Position numbers and translations under genes: made by a program. Under the pieces are notes generated by a model. That model did no database searches. It saw only the letters and a list, made by a program, of their open reading frames with translations, and was not told the DNA's origin. From Entomortierella parvispora E1425 (Eukaryota > Fungi > Mortierellomycota), in contig BQFW01000008.1 in NCBI GenBank assembly GCA_020891255.1, forward strand, positions 62,001-126,000: 64,000 nucleotides of DNA, written 5' to 3'. Shown here one piece after another: positions 31,155-42,063 of this stretch; the stretch's first letter is position 1; each line of letters opens with the position of its first letter.

Positions 31155-33032
31155 TTATGGTTGGAAGTCATCATCTTCGCTCTCAGACTCATTGAGTACA
31201 CTCCGTCTTGTCTTCTTTTTCCGGGGCAATATATCTTCGTCGTCGTCATCGTCCTCATCCGAGATAGCTCGCCTCGATTTCTTCCTTGGTGAAATATCCT
31301 CATCGTCCTCCTCTTCGTCGTCTTCGTCATCCTCGTCCAACGAGATAACCTTCTTGCTAGACGAATGGTCGTCCTCCTCATCCGAAAGCACTATGGCTCG
31401 CCTTGAACGATCGCGACGACTTGCTTTCCGGCGTGAGCGACGGGCTACAATTTCGTCATCATCATCGTCGCTGTCATTGTCGTCCTCGTCATCGCTATCG
31501 TTCTCGCTCTGGCTGTTGCCGTCATCGTTGTCGCTCTCATCTTCACTGCTAAGAACAATAGTCGCTGCGCTACGGCGAGAGGATTTTGCCTTTGCCTTTG
31601 ATTTCGTCCTCGTGCGTCTGGTTTTCGAGTCGCTGTCGCTTCCAGAGGATTTTCCAGAAAAGTCCAAGTCGTCAGAGTCTCGATCACTGCCGTCTTCTGC
31701 CTCCTCATCACTATTTTCGTCGTCGATAAAGGAGTCGTGAGAGTCGTACTCATCTGGTCCCTCGTCCGACTCTTGATCAGAGAGCTCCTGGCTAGCATCC
31801 GAGTCCTCGCCCTCGGCATCACTGAACAGAGTCCTGCAATTGACGCAAGATCCACCTCGGACCTCCCATCCACAGGACACACATCGCCTAATAAACCAGC
31901 CATGGTTTCGAGTTAGCGCTCTTCTTTTAAAATACAAAAACATAAACAATGGTGCCAGTTTTCTTACCTGACGCCATCTTCTCTGTCCACAATGGTGCCG
32001 ATGCCGAATCCATCCAGAGAAAGTGGCTTGAAGAGTCCTGCCCAGAGATCGCCCTCCCTCTGTTTCAATTTCAGACTCTTTTCGTCCGCAGCCAGTTTTT
32101 CGAGCGCCACCTTCTTTTCTGGCTCTGGCAGGCGCTCCAAGCAGGCGTGGACTTGTTCGCGGATATTAAAGGACAAGGTCGGTCTCCGCAGCAGCTTTGT
32201 CCTGCAGGTCGGACAGGACTTGTGAATTTCCAACCAGGAATGGAGACAAGTATAACAAAAAGTATGTCCGCACTCGGCTGTAAAAGGGGAAGCAAAATAG
32301 TCCACGCAGATGGTGCACTGCAAACCGGACTGTCGCAACTGTTGGCCCCGATCTGCAATGGACGGTACCAAGGCGTTGCTAGAGGCGTCGGCATCCAGCT
32401 CTTCAATCTTGTTCGATCCCTTTCCAGCAATGAGGGAGGTGATCTTGTCCTGGAGTCTGGCAATGATGGCGTCCTTGTGCTCAAGTTCCTTGTTCAGTCG
32501 CGCCACCAAGCCGTTGAGTCGATCGACCTCTGATTCAGTTTCTTTAGCTACAAATAGATCAAGAGCCGCAAAATCGTCAAGTGAGGCCGACGCTGGCGTG
32601 ACTACCGAGGGCGTTGGTCTTGAAGGCGCAGTCGTCTGAGGTTTGAGTTGCGTTGCTTCACTGGATGGAACTGAGGCAGAGACGAGAGGCTTTGACACGG
32701 CAGGAGGTGAAGCGGTGGAAGACGATCCAGCCTTTAATGATGACGGCGATGATGATGAAGCAGCGGTGGATAAAGATGGTACAGCTGCTGCAGTGTCCTG
32801 CTTCTTTTCCTTGCCTTTGTCCTTGTTCTTTTTGTTCTTCTTCTTCTTCTTGTGCTCGCTCTTGACACCAGGAGCAGGGTTCTCGGCCAGTGCCGCCGCG
32901 GCCTCTTTCTTCTCGGCCTTGTCCTTCTATGGAGCGCCAAGCAGCACGGTGAGTTTGATAGATCCAGATATGCCTTCAGAGAGAATTAAACAGGGTTCAG
33001 GGGCAGATATGTACCTTTGACTTCTTTCCCAT
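31155..33032 (-). CDS. RING-finger E3 ubiquitin ligase, Psh1-like architecture
   Basis: MGKKSK | K-rich region, coiled coil, RING CTICVDYFASPFTAECGHTFCYTCLHSWLEIHKSCPTCR, then DREDGVRRCVSCGWEV.GGSCVNC zinc finger and long acidic/basic tail, as in Psh1-type ligases. Confidence 0.85.
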
Positions 33033-33304
33033 TGGCGCTGTGTTTGGGGGTGATGGTGAAATGAAGGAAAGAATGAATGAATGGGAATGGAGGCAAACAG
33101 AACGCGACCTTCGACAAAAATATAAAAAAAAAAGAAAAGGTGTGACTGTGAGCAACAAACACACATGGACACCAACAGGGTCCATGAAACAGACTTCCAC
33201 GCCACCAAACACCATCCGCGCTCTGTCCCCCCATGTCCCCCGCCCTTGAACCAACGCTCACAACAGATGATGCAAAAAGCGCGACCATTCATCAGCCTGG
33301 GTGA

Positions 33305-34429
33305 TTGTCTTCTCCTCAACTCGCAATGTCTCAAGCCCTCATTCGCTCCGCACCTGCCAAGGTCGCCCTGGCCACGGTCTCTGCCCTGACTGCACTCGCC
33401 ATCTTTCAGCATATCCTCCTGAGCACCCCACCCTATGTGGATCCAATTTCCGAACGGTGTCTCTTCCCGCCGTCCCTTGCCGACGAGGACAAGTTCATGC
33501 CTGTTTCATTGCCAGTGTTTGACAGGCTGGTGTGTGTCTTGGTCCCTTACTTTGTCGACTGCTCAAGGACCGTCTTTGGCAGACTCTCTGTCCAACTTTT
33601 AATGGCCTTTGTCGCGCCTATCAGCTGGCTCCAGGTGGTCGAGGCCAGCAGAGCTGGCAATCGCTGGTCCATGTTGGCGTGCATGCCCTTCTCTGCACTT
33701 TTTGCCTATTCGACCGGTATCGGCATTTACTTGCCCCTCTTGTTTGTGCCTCTCATGATCAACTCGAAGCCCACAATGGACTCTACCGCCTCTGCCAGCG
33801 CGGTACCGCTGGCTCGAGTGTATGCACTGTTGGTCGTGCAGGCTCTCAATATTGCATCGATCGCAGCCGTAGTTTCACCCGGTCCCGACAGCGTTGGTCC
33901 TGAGAGAACTTGGATTCCTCTTGCCACCGCCATCAATGTCCCAATGGAGTTTGCTCTGTGGTTCATTTACACGCCTTTGACCTTTATCGTTGGAAGCATC
34001 CTCGCACCCACTCCTGCGTCCGAAATCGAAAAGGCCCGCCAGGATAAGCGAGCAAGACAACTGGTCATAAACAGCTCTCGTGTGTTTGCATTCCTGAGCG
34101 CCATCGTCCATATTGCCACCTTGGCCGCGTATTTGACAGGAACCGCCACGCCGCTGTCCGATTTCGTGAACTCGTTCCAATTGTCTTTTCGTCTGGAGCA
34201 CCTTTTGTACGCGCCTGCTTACTTTTTGCTCTGGGATTTCTTTGGTGCAGTCCTGGGTAGTCTCTTCTGGGTCCTTTCCGATGCTGAGGGTCTCAAAGAG
34301 CCAGTCCACTTCCTGGTCACGGCCATTGTTTTGTCCCCTGGAACTGCATTGATGCTTCATATGGTGCAACGCGAGAAACGTCTTTTGGAACTCGCTCACC
34401 CCAGTGAGAAGCAAAAGAAGCTACAATAA
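33305..34429 (+). CDS. Uncharacterised multi-pass membrane protein, AtmA/PaxA(IdtA)-like signature
   Basis: Intronless 374 aa with ~7-8 hydrophobic segments; D..VCVLVPYF, VEASRAGN, GIGIYLPL, FLLWD, SPGT.......QRE; C-terminal KKxx. The CDS is confident; the family call comes from remembered motifs only. Confidence 0.75.
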   Translation: MSSPQLAMSQALIRSAPAKVALATVSALTALAIFQHILLSTPPYVDPISERCLFPPSLADEDKFMPVSLPVFDRLVCVLVPYFVDCSRTVFGRLSVQLLMAFVAPISWLQVVEASRAGNRWSMLACMPFSALFAYSTGIGIYLPLLFVPLMINSKPTMDSTASASAVPLARVYALLVVQALNIASIAAVVSPGPDSVGPERTWIPLATAINVPMEFALWFIYTPLTFIVGSILAPTPASEIEKARQDKRARQLVINSSRVFAFLSAIVHIATLAAYLTGTATPLSDFVNSFQLSFRLEHLLYAPAYFLLWDFFGAVLGSLFWVLSDAEGLKEPVHFLVTAIVLSPGTALMLHMVQREKRLLELAHPSEKQKKLQ

Positions 34430-34483
34430 ATGTCAAAAGCCAATTGCTGCCTAATTTTTTCTCTTTTATTCAATCGAGATATA

Positions 34484-35505
34484 TCAATCGCTATCACTTT
34501 GGACCTCGACCACCTGTGGGTCGTGGGCCGTGCCACTGATATCCAGATCGGAATAGTCGATGCAGACCAAGCTGGATTCGTCCGAGAAGTAGTCGCTCTC
34601 CATCTCCAAGTCCGAGTGTGCAGAGGACAAGGCTCTTGAGGCTGCTGCTCCTGCTACAGGTGGTTGATCCTCCTCACCCGATTCTGACGTGTTTTCTGAG
34701 AGTGGGTCGTCCAGATCCATCTTGTTGTCTGCATCTGTAGCGGACTCCTTGACACGCTTCCAAAAATTGTCTTCTGTTTTGTCCTTTTCAAGTGGAGCAC
34801 GGGATGTGGCGGTGTCGGGGATGATATGATCTGCAGGAGACTTTGGAAGGCTTGTTGCGGGTGCAGATGTTGGTGGCAAAGACTCTTGTGTTCGCGAGAC
34901 CTTCTCACTGTCCTGAGTCGTCTTTGTGCTTCCTCTCCTAGCGATCACAGCATCCGGCTGTTTGATATCGAACGTGACTGGAAACTTGTTCTACAGTAAA
35001 AAAAAAAAAAAAAAGGCGTGTCAATTGGATGTGGACAACTGAGAGGAGATAAGGCGGCATTGCTTTCATCCTATTTCAACAATCGCGTGCTGACCTCCAA
35101 GAGCGTGATTGTATCACCATCGTATAAAACGGTCGGCATGTCCTTGGCCAGTGCCTTATTGTTGAGGAGCGAGATGTTGCCGCCCCGACGGATGGCCGTT
35201 ACTTCAAAGATAGGAGACGCAGTGGTGACAATTTCGACTGGGCAGAGAAAGAGGAGAATGAATGGGAGTCAGACAATGGAGTCGCGGTTAGAATGTAGGG
35301 CATGAGGATTCGCCTTTTTTTATGTTTTTTTATGTGAGACTGAGGACTTGCCTTGTTTGCGACTGACATGAGGTGAGACGATGCCATTGGCGGTGCTTCG
35401 ACCGAGCACGATGGTGGCGCCAGGGAGGAGAGCCAGGGTTTGGCCCGTGCCCTTGTAGCACATCGTGGCAACGGTAGCCGGAATGGGATGGGTCGAAGTG
35501 GACAT
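34484..35505 (-). CDS. Protein with PNKP/aprataxin/APLF-type FHA domain and acidic Ser/Thr-rich tail
   Basis: Three exons: IVLGRSTANGIVSPHVSRKQ|VEIV...GNISLLNNKAL.....LYDGDTITLLE|NKFPVTF; GR...SR.Q and GD.I.LL are FHA hallmarks. First intron is GC-AG. Confidence 0.7.
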
Positions 35506-35859
35506 GAGAGGCAACTGTTGCTGGGAGAGAAGAATGAAGAGAGCGTAGGATGAAGCAAAGAAAGAACAGCAATCAGCGATCACTTGGCATGCATTCGTGA
35601 TCCACAGCGCGATGAGGCGCAACTCGACTGGACTTGGCTCCTTCTCCTTTGCGGTGCAGTGATGGTCCTACACAGCAGCAAGGCAGGAAACGAACGAAAG
35701 ACCTGTGCCTGTGTGCCTGTGCCTGTGCCTGTGATCCCCCACCGAGCCCCGCAACGACCAGTCTGCGTCACGTCCGTCTGACCGGCAGAATGCCGTCCCG
35801 GAGGAACTGAACGGCGCCTTTTCCTTTCCCTGGTCAGCGCCCGACTGTGCAAATCTTCT

Positions 35860-35905
35860 TTCTTCATTCTTCATTCTTCATTCTTCATTCTTCATTCTTC
35901 ATTCT
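35860..35905. repeat. (TTCTTCA)6.5 heptamer repeat upstream of the CRAL-TRIO gene
   Basis: Seen directly. Confidence 0.9.
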
Positions 35906-36062
35906 CTCCTCCTCTCTCCCCACTCACTCCTCCCCCACCTCCCCACTCTTCTGTCCTTTTCTGTCTTTCATTGCCATCCTCTGTTCATCTCATCGCAGCC
36001 ATTTATTCTTCATTCCCTTACATTCTCCCTTCTCCACTCATTCTCAGTTCACACCCACAACA

Positions 36063-37392
36063 ATGCCTAGCCGCACCCCTTCAGTCCAGTCAGCAACCGG
36101 CGTTCCGAGGTTCGCTCCCTCCAAGGAGTGCCAGCCAGCCGCGCCTCCTGCGCCCCTGACCGACTCCCAGACCTCGACCCTCGAAGCCCTTCGCTCTTAC
36201 ATTCATGAGAATGTGGCAAAGACCACTTCTGAGAAGAACTGGGCTGACGACGCATGCCTGGTGCGCTATCTCCGTGGAAGAAAGTGGAATCTGCAAGAGG
36301 CCAAACAGGCCGTTCAGGACTCGATCGTTTGGCGTGCCCAGTACCTTCCCAATGACCCTCAGCGCAACGACATCTGGATCGAGGTAAAAAAAAAAAGAAA
36401 AAAAAGGGAACGATGCACATATCCCCAACGTTGCATCACAATTGATGGGGGCAAAGGGCAAGGAGGTGCAGATCAAAGACAAATGAAGACATCGCTCTTT
36501 GTAATGTCGTACAAACAGGATTCGTGCAGTTATTTTGGCCGTTGGATCTCGACACTGGCCGTTGGGACTGACATCAAACAACTTTTGGCCATTGCTCTGA
36601 CACTTTTTTTCGCTCTTTTTTTTCCCATGACATAGACCGCCCCTGGAAAGCTATATGTGTCTGGATTCGACATGGAGTCTCGCCCTCTCTTGTACATGAA
36701 GCCTCGTCTCGAAAACACTGCTGCCTCCCCCGCACAGATTCGTCATGTTGTTTTTCATCTCGAAGTCGCTATCGCTTTGATGCCCAAGGATGTTCACAAC
36801 TTGTGCATCATTATCGATTTCGCGGGCTCTTCTATGACAAAGAACCCTGGCGTAGCCATTGCGCGCGAAATTATCAACGTCCTCGGAAGCCACTACCCAG
36901 AACGTCTTGGCAAGGGCTACATCATCCATGGTACATGCTCTTCTCCTCTTTGATTCTCTTTGGTGTATGTTGTATGTCTCGCAGAGCAGCAATTGACAAT
37001 TACCGATTTTTTTTCTAGCTCCATGGTTCTTCTTCCCCTTCTATAAGCTCATTTCGCCCTTCATCGACCCTGTCACAAAGGCAAAGATTAATTTCGTGGA
37101 CATGAAGAAGCAAAAGCCCAGATCGATCGTCTCTACTCCATCCTCCGCAGCAGCCTCCGAAGTCGACCTTCCCAGCGCCTCAGAATCCAGTCAAAAGAAG
37201 AACTCGACCTCTTCATCATCACAGCAAAACTCAGAGATTGTGAATCTGTTGGACTTGATCCCAGATGACATGTTGGAGCGTGAATTCGGAGGCACGTCTG
37301 ACTATGTGTATGATCAGGAGGCTTACTGGACGGCAGCCTCCAAGGTGCTCAAGGATTCTCGTGAGGCGTTGGAGCGTGGACAGGATGCATAG
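36063..37392 (+). CDS. PDR16: CRAL-TRIO (Sec14-like) phosphatidylinositol transfer protein, Pdr16/Sfh3 family
   Basis: DDACLVRYLRGRKWN...A......WR, TAPGKLYVSGFDMESRPLLYMKPRLEN, QIRHVVFHLE, IINVLGSHYPERLGK...HAPWFF..FYKLISPFIDPVTKAKI; two introns. Confidence 0.9.
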
Positions 37393-37717
37393 ACTCTTTG
37401 ATACTTTTTTAGATGCATACATACAATCTTGCTTCCTATTTTTGGAGCAAAGACCAATGGAAAAAAAAAATGTCGACCTTTCAACCACAACACAGCATTG
37501 CATAGACAGGACCCAGGGAGTCATTCAAGAGGTGCCATCTGGTCAATATCATTAAAAACAACTCGACACTCTACAAGAGATGACTTTTGAAGATATGATG
37601 ATAATGATGCGATCGAGGTAGTTATTATTATTATTAAGGATATTGTTGATATAGTCTATATGCAAATGAAAAGGGATGGGTGGGTGAATATACACGGTCT
37701 GAAAGGAGAAGCTACGC

Positions 37718-39709
37718 TCATTTGACTTCAGTGGCGTGGGCCTTTTCTTCGTCAAAGACCTGAACAGACTTCTCCTCGATGGTCTCGGACTCGATGGTCT
37801 CCTCGATCAGATCCTTGTCATCCTTGTAAAGATCCACGCGCTTGATACCAATAGTCGACAAACAGCAGAAGACGGCGAGACAGCAGGCAATAATTGACAT
37901 AAGTCTCTGAGAATCACTGTAGGCGGTGACAACCTGGGCTTTGGTCACAGGATCAAGGCTGGGGATGTAGACAAGAGGACTGTTCATGGCAAGGTACTCA
38001 TCATAGGGACCAGTGACACGCTTGGCCAAACGGACTGGCAGATACTGGGTCCAGATACCTCCGGCCAAAGCATCTCCGAGAGCAGAACCGAAGGAACCGA
38101 GAATCTGAGTGGTACCAATGACGGTAGCGATATCTTTCTTGTCGACGACACCGGTGACCAGGACAGAACTGGCAATGTTGGCCATACCACCGGCAGCGCC
38201 GACAATGGTCTGGGAGATGACTACAAAGGCGGACGAAGCTGTGGGGGCTCTGGCGCGGATCATGAGACCGATACCGCCAGTGTGAACAATGATACCGGCC
38301 CAGATGAAGGGTCGGAGGGTGTTGAAGCGCTTCATCAACAAGGCAGTGATCAATTGGAAGACGAGGTAGCCGACGTTGTAACCACGCTCAAGCATGAGAG
38401 CGTCACCAAACGAGAGGTCGCGGGACACAACCAGGTACTGGGTGTAGTACTGCCAGTTCATGGAGGCCTGAACTGTCATGAAGAACATGACGATCAAGGC
38501 ACCAAAGCACGAGGGGTTTGACCAGATCTTCATGGACATGATAGGGCGGTCCGTGTACTTGATCTCCCAGAAGACAAGAAGTCCCAAAAAGACAATACCG
38601 CAGCAGAACATGGTCAAAATCTTGTAGTTCTTCCAATTGCCCTCAAAGGTCTTGGCAAGGATCATGGGCAAAAGAGTAAGCGATAAGCCTGGGAACATGG
38701 ACAAGAAATACAAGCAAAAAAAAAAAAAAAAAAAAAAAAAAAGGAAAGTAGGATGAGTCTCTCTTCAAGACACTTTTGTGTGGTTTGACTCCTCCAAAAC
38801 AAAATTGCCGAGTTTCTTACCGAGAGTAATGAGAATGGCACCCACGGCATCGAACTCGTGCAAAAGCCATTTAACGGAGCGACGCTCAACCTTGACCTTC
38901 TTTTGACCCTTCTTCTGAAGATACCAGAGGGGACTGAGGATAGCCACGGCACCCACCGCAGCCAGGATACCGACAATAATGTAGACGTTGCGCCAGTTGG
39001 CGTTGGGATGGCTTTTAACGTCGGTCAAAGGATCAGCCAGCCTGGTGGTGACAAAGACGCTGACGATCGAAGGCAAATCATAGAGGGCAAAGACGATACC
39101 ACGGTTGGCCAAAGAGGTAGTGTCGGCAATCAGGACCTGGGTCAATGTTTGCATTCCTGTGCTGCCGATACCATAGAAGATTTGACCGAGCGCAAACTGG
39201 AGAAAGACCTTGGAGGTTCCCTGGATGGTGTATCCGATCAGATAAAAGATCATGGCCACCGTCAAGGCCTGAGCTCTTCCGACGACGTCACTGATCTTTG
39301 TGTAGAAGGGGACGAGGGCAGCCGAGAGAATCTGAAGAATGGTGGGCAGGATACTGGCCAAGGATGTCACCTCAAAGATGGCGGTGATAGCTCCAACGCA
39401 AGCATACATCAGGTTGACCTCGAACGAGTAGATGACAGCCTGGGTCAACACACTATGCGAATGGCAAGAGTATGTGAAATGCAAATGTACGGTTGAGGGA
39501 GAATGAAGGGCAAAGGAGGATGCAAGGGGAGGTGAACAGGGCTGTGTTAGTTTTGAAAAAAAGAAAAAAAAAAAAAAGATCTGATAAGACTGGACAGCGG
39601 TGTGCTGTTGTCCTTACCCTGCAAGCATCCAGGTGTACTCCCTGCGGGACCAGAGTCTTCTGTCCAGAATCCTGGAGCTGGGCGAAGTTGATGGCTGAGT
39701 GTCTGCCAT
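37718..39709 (-). CDS. MFS siderophore-iron transporter (SIT; MirB/Str/Arn family)
   Basis: Three exons, ~14 TM: PFYTKISDVVGRAQA, QIFYGIGSTGMQTLTQVLIADTTSLANRG, EFDAVGAIL, QYYTQYL.V, IVGAAGG...SSVLV, GSALGDALAGGIWTQYLP..L, TAYSDSQRLM (SIT C-terminal signature). Confidence 0.9.
39579..39587 (+). promoter_or_regulatory. ATCTGATAA box (SreA-type iron GATA element) in intron 1 of the siderophore transporter
   Basis: Exact match to ATCWGATAA, the consensus described for Aspergillus SreA. Confidence 0.6.
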
Positions 39710-39969
39710 GAAGGAGAGAGTTGAAAGGGAGGAGGGGTGAGGCAAGGTGCTGAATGAAAAGGAAAGGGATCGATCCCCTTCTTATAGTAACCGCAGAGAG
39801 CTATTAGACCAGAAGACGACTAGCCGAGGGGGCCCTGTGGGAGGAGGACCGGCGGGGAAGTAGCAGGCACTAAAGAGGATGAGTAATTGACATGGCGGAC
39901 TCTGAGCAGCCTATTCTCTTTATTGTTCTTGACGCCATGGTCACTCCGTCAGGAGAGTTTTTTTTTTGG

Positions 39970-39999
39970 ATCAGATAAAGCGGCGTGCACTTATCAGAT
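39970..39999. promoter_or_regulatory. Inverted pair of ATCWGATAA boxes ~260-290 bp upstream of the transporter ATG
   Basis: ATCAGATAA (39970-39978), 12-nt spacer, TTATCAGAT (39991-39999). Confidence 0.75.
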
Positions 40000-40459
40000 G
40001 GAAGATTTTTTTTTTTTTTTTTTTTTGGCAGGTGAAGAGAGGGGTGGGTGAAGACGGAAGGAGAAAGAGATGGAAACTTGAAGTCTCCGCCTGGTAAAAG
40101 CTGTCTGACTAGCTGTCGTGCGAGTGGCCATGAGTTGGATGGAGTGGATGGAGAGTGAATCCTCCGCTTCTCCCCTTTGGCCTCCACGCCTGTTGAGCAG
40201 GTCCTTGTTCCCAGAGTTCATGGAGGTTGAACTTTTTTTTGATTGAATAGAACCCCGTCCTTCACTAGGGTAGCTCCATCTATCCCATTCATCTCGATTC
40301 AGCTTTTTGGGGCCCCTTCCTCGGTAAGACTAGGCCAGCTTGGGCGTGGGCTCGAATGGAGTCGATCTGTGTCTGAATTTGGGCAGTGGGAGGGAATCTC
40401 TGATTTGGAGCGACCAACGATGAGTTTTTTTTTTTGTGTGTGTGTGTGTGTAATGTAGC

Positions 40460-40578
40460 GCCCTCGCTCCACGGTTTGTCTAGAAGCAATTCACTTAGAG
40501 ACGAATCGAGCGAAGGCTGGTGCGCCCACCTGGCGCAACTCCCCGATCTTTCGATCGAGCCCGAAAGGAGTACCTTAC
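40460..40578 (-). ncRNA. Candidate structured RNA element (multi-hairpin), family unrecognised
   Basis: Hand-folded stems 40460-69/40508-17, 40478-81/40499-502, 40484-87/40493-96, 40521-26/40532-37, 40538-42/40567-71, 40543-48/40553-58 with GAAA loop. Three G-U pairs and the GNRA loop exist only on the minus strand. Confidence 0.3.
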
Positions 40579-40598
40579 CCACCTTGTCGTTCTTTTCT

Positions 40599-40607
40599 TT
40601 ATCAGAT
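40599..40607 (-). promoter_or_regulatory. ATCTGATAA box
   Basis: TTATCAGAT on + strand. Confidence 0.6.
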
Positions 40608-40861
40608 TGATTTTTTTTTTTCAATTGATAGTTGAACCCTTGCAGTTGGATCCAATGAGTAGCACGATCTAGCTGGGTTCTAGTCCCATCTGTCTGTTCT
40701 GCGGTCCCGTGGTTCATTTCTTTCCATCTCTTTCTCTCACACACTTTATTGCCGTCAGAAAAGGGGGTCGGATGTCGAATGTACCCACAAGACACTTGGA
40801 CCCTGTTGTTCCCGCCATGCGAGGAACATTATTCTCGACACTACTCGCAGGGCCCAAGGGT

Positions 40862-40886
40862 TGATAAAATTATCTCTATCTGATAA
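40862..40886. promoter_or_regulatory. Triple GATA cluster ending in ATCTGATAA
   Basis: TGATAA (40862-67), TTATCT (40870-75), ATCTGATAA (40878-86). Confidence 0.65.
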
Positions 40887-42063
40887 ATGTACTTGCCGAA
40901 TGAAGGTATTATTTTGAAGGCTCGCCTAGATAAAGAATTGGTTTTATGTATAGCATCATTCCCCGGCGTGGAGACGGCACGAGGCGGTGTTTCGATGGTG
41001 CAATCCGCCCCCGTTCTACAGTTGAAATAGAGATGCTTCTCCTATGGTGTTCCGACAGGGGACATGAGAGCTATCGATTGCAATCGCCGTCCCAGAACTT
41101 TCATTAACGGCGGTCCAGGCCCGCGACATTGAAATGTACCCGATGTTTGGCCAACGCTGTGCTAATGTTGCCACCAAGCAATATATGACGGTGAGAACTA
41201 ACGATTTCATGCAACGGCCAGCTCACAAGTCCAGACAGTCAATGCGATGCTGCTCCGCTTGAAGATCTGAAAGTTGTGCACAGGCATGGACCAAGCGCTG
41301 ACACAGTCTGTTTCTTGTTGTAAATGGGACAAAAAGTTACACCAGATTCTTGGTACACGCTCCAGCCCCTCTGCCCTCTGAACGTTGGAACCAGCTCAAA
41401 CACCATCGCGTTAATCCACACAAAAGGTCCGCTGTGAGCGCCTGGGAAACCTCTGGTGCCTTCACCACCGGTCATCGTCAGGGACTCAATCTTGAGAAAC
41501 TTGTATACTAGGCTTATACAGATATACAGATGAGGTAGGGATGGTATAGTTTGCAGTGCGAATACTGTGGCCGTTGATCATTGTCTAGGGGACTATCCCA
41601 TGAGTCCTCTTCTTCAAGAACATCATGTCAGGGCATGTTTCTCGACTCTCCCGTCAAAGGTGGGGCTCTAGCGGTGAACAAAATTCGAGAGAAGGGTGGA
41701 GCAAGGTGGGCCAAGTTTGAACATGACTCTTCATTCATAAGACATTCTAGTTGAACCCACCAAATAACGAATTAAAAAAAGCGCCCTGCAAGAAGACTGG
41801 CGACATGGTCTTGCTGGCCAAGATCCCACGCCTCTGGCTGATAGTCCAGCGACGTGATGCCCACCTTTCCGAAATGAGGGCAAAAAAAAAAAAAAAAGAC
41901 CGTGTAGGCCTTGACGCTTGACGCGTTTTGTGAGGCTTTGTTAATCATCGAGCCCCTTCTTTTCGCCCTTGGCACGAGCACTCCCTTTCAAAAGGAGAGA
42001 GTATGTTGTTACCAGATTTTCCTTTTTATTATCGTACCTACAAGGTGTCGCAAAGACCTAGAA

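Noticed and set aside
39237-39245. ATCAGATAA inside the transporter CDS
   Set aside because: Encodes F-Y-L-I on the coding strand and may be incidental; counted but not called as a regulatory feature.
40460-40517. Resemblance of the 3' hairpin to U17/snR30 (AGACAAACCGTG, downstream ACA)
   Set aside because: The m1 motif is poorly matched, there is no H box, and ACA is 21 nt from the upper stem rather than ~14. Kept only as an unassigned structure.
40289-40795. 168-codon minus-strand ORF upstream of the transporter
   Set aside because: Apparently non-ATG start, runs through poly-A/CA tracts and GATA boxes, no protein-like composition.
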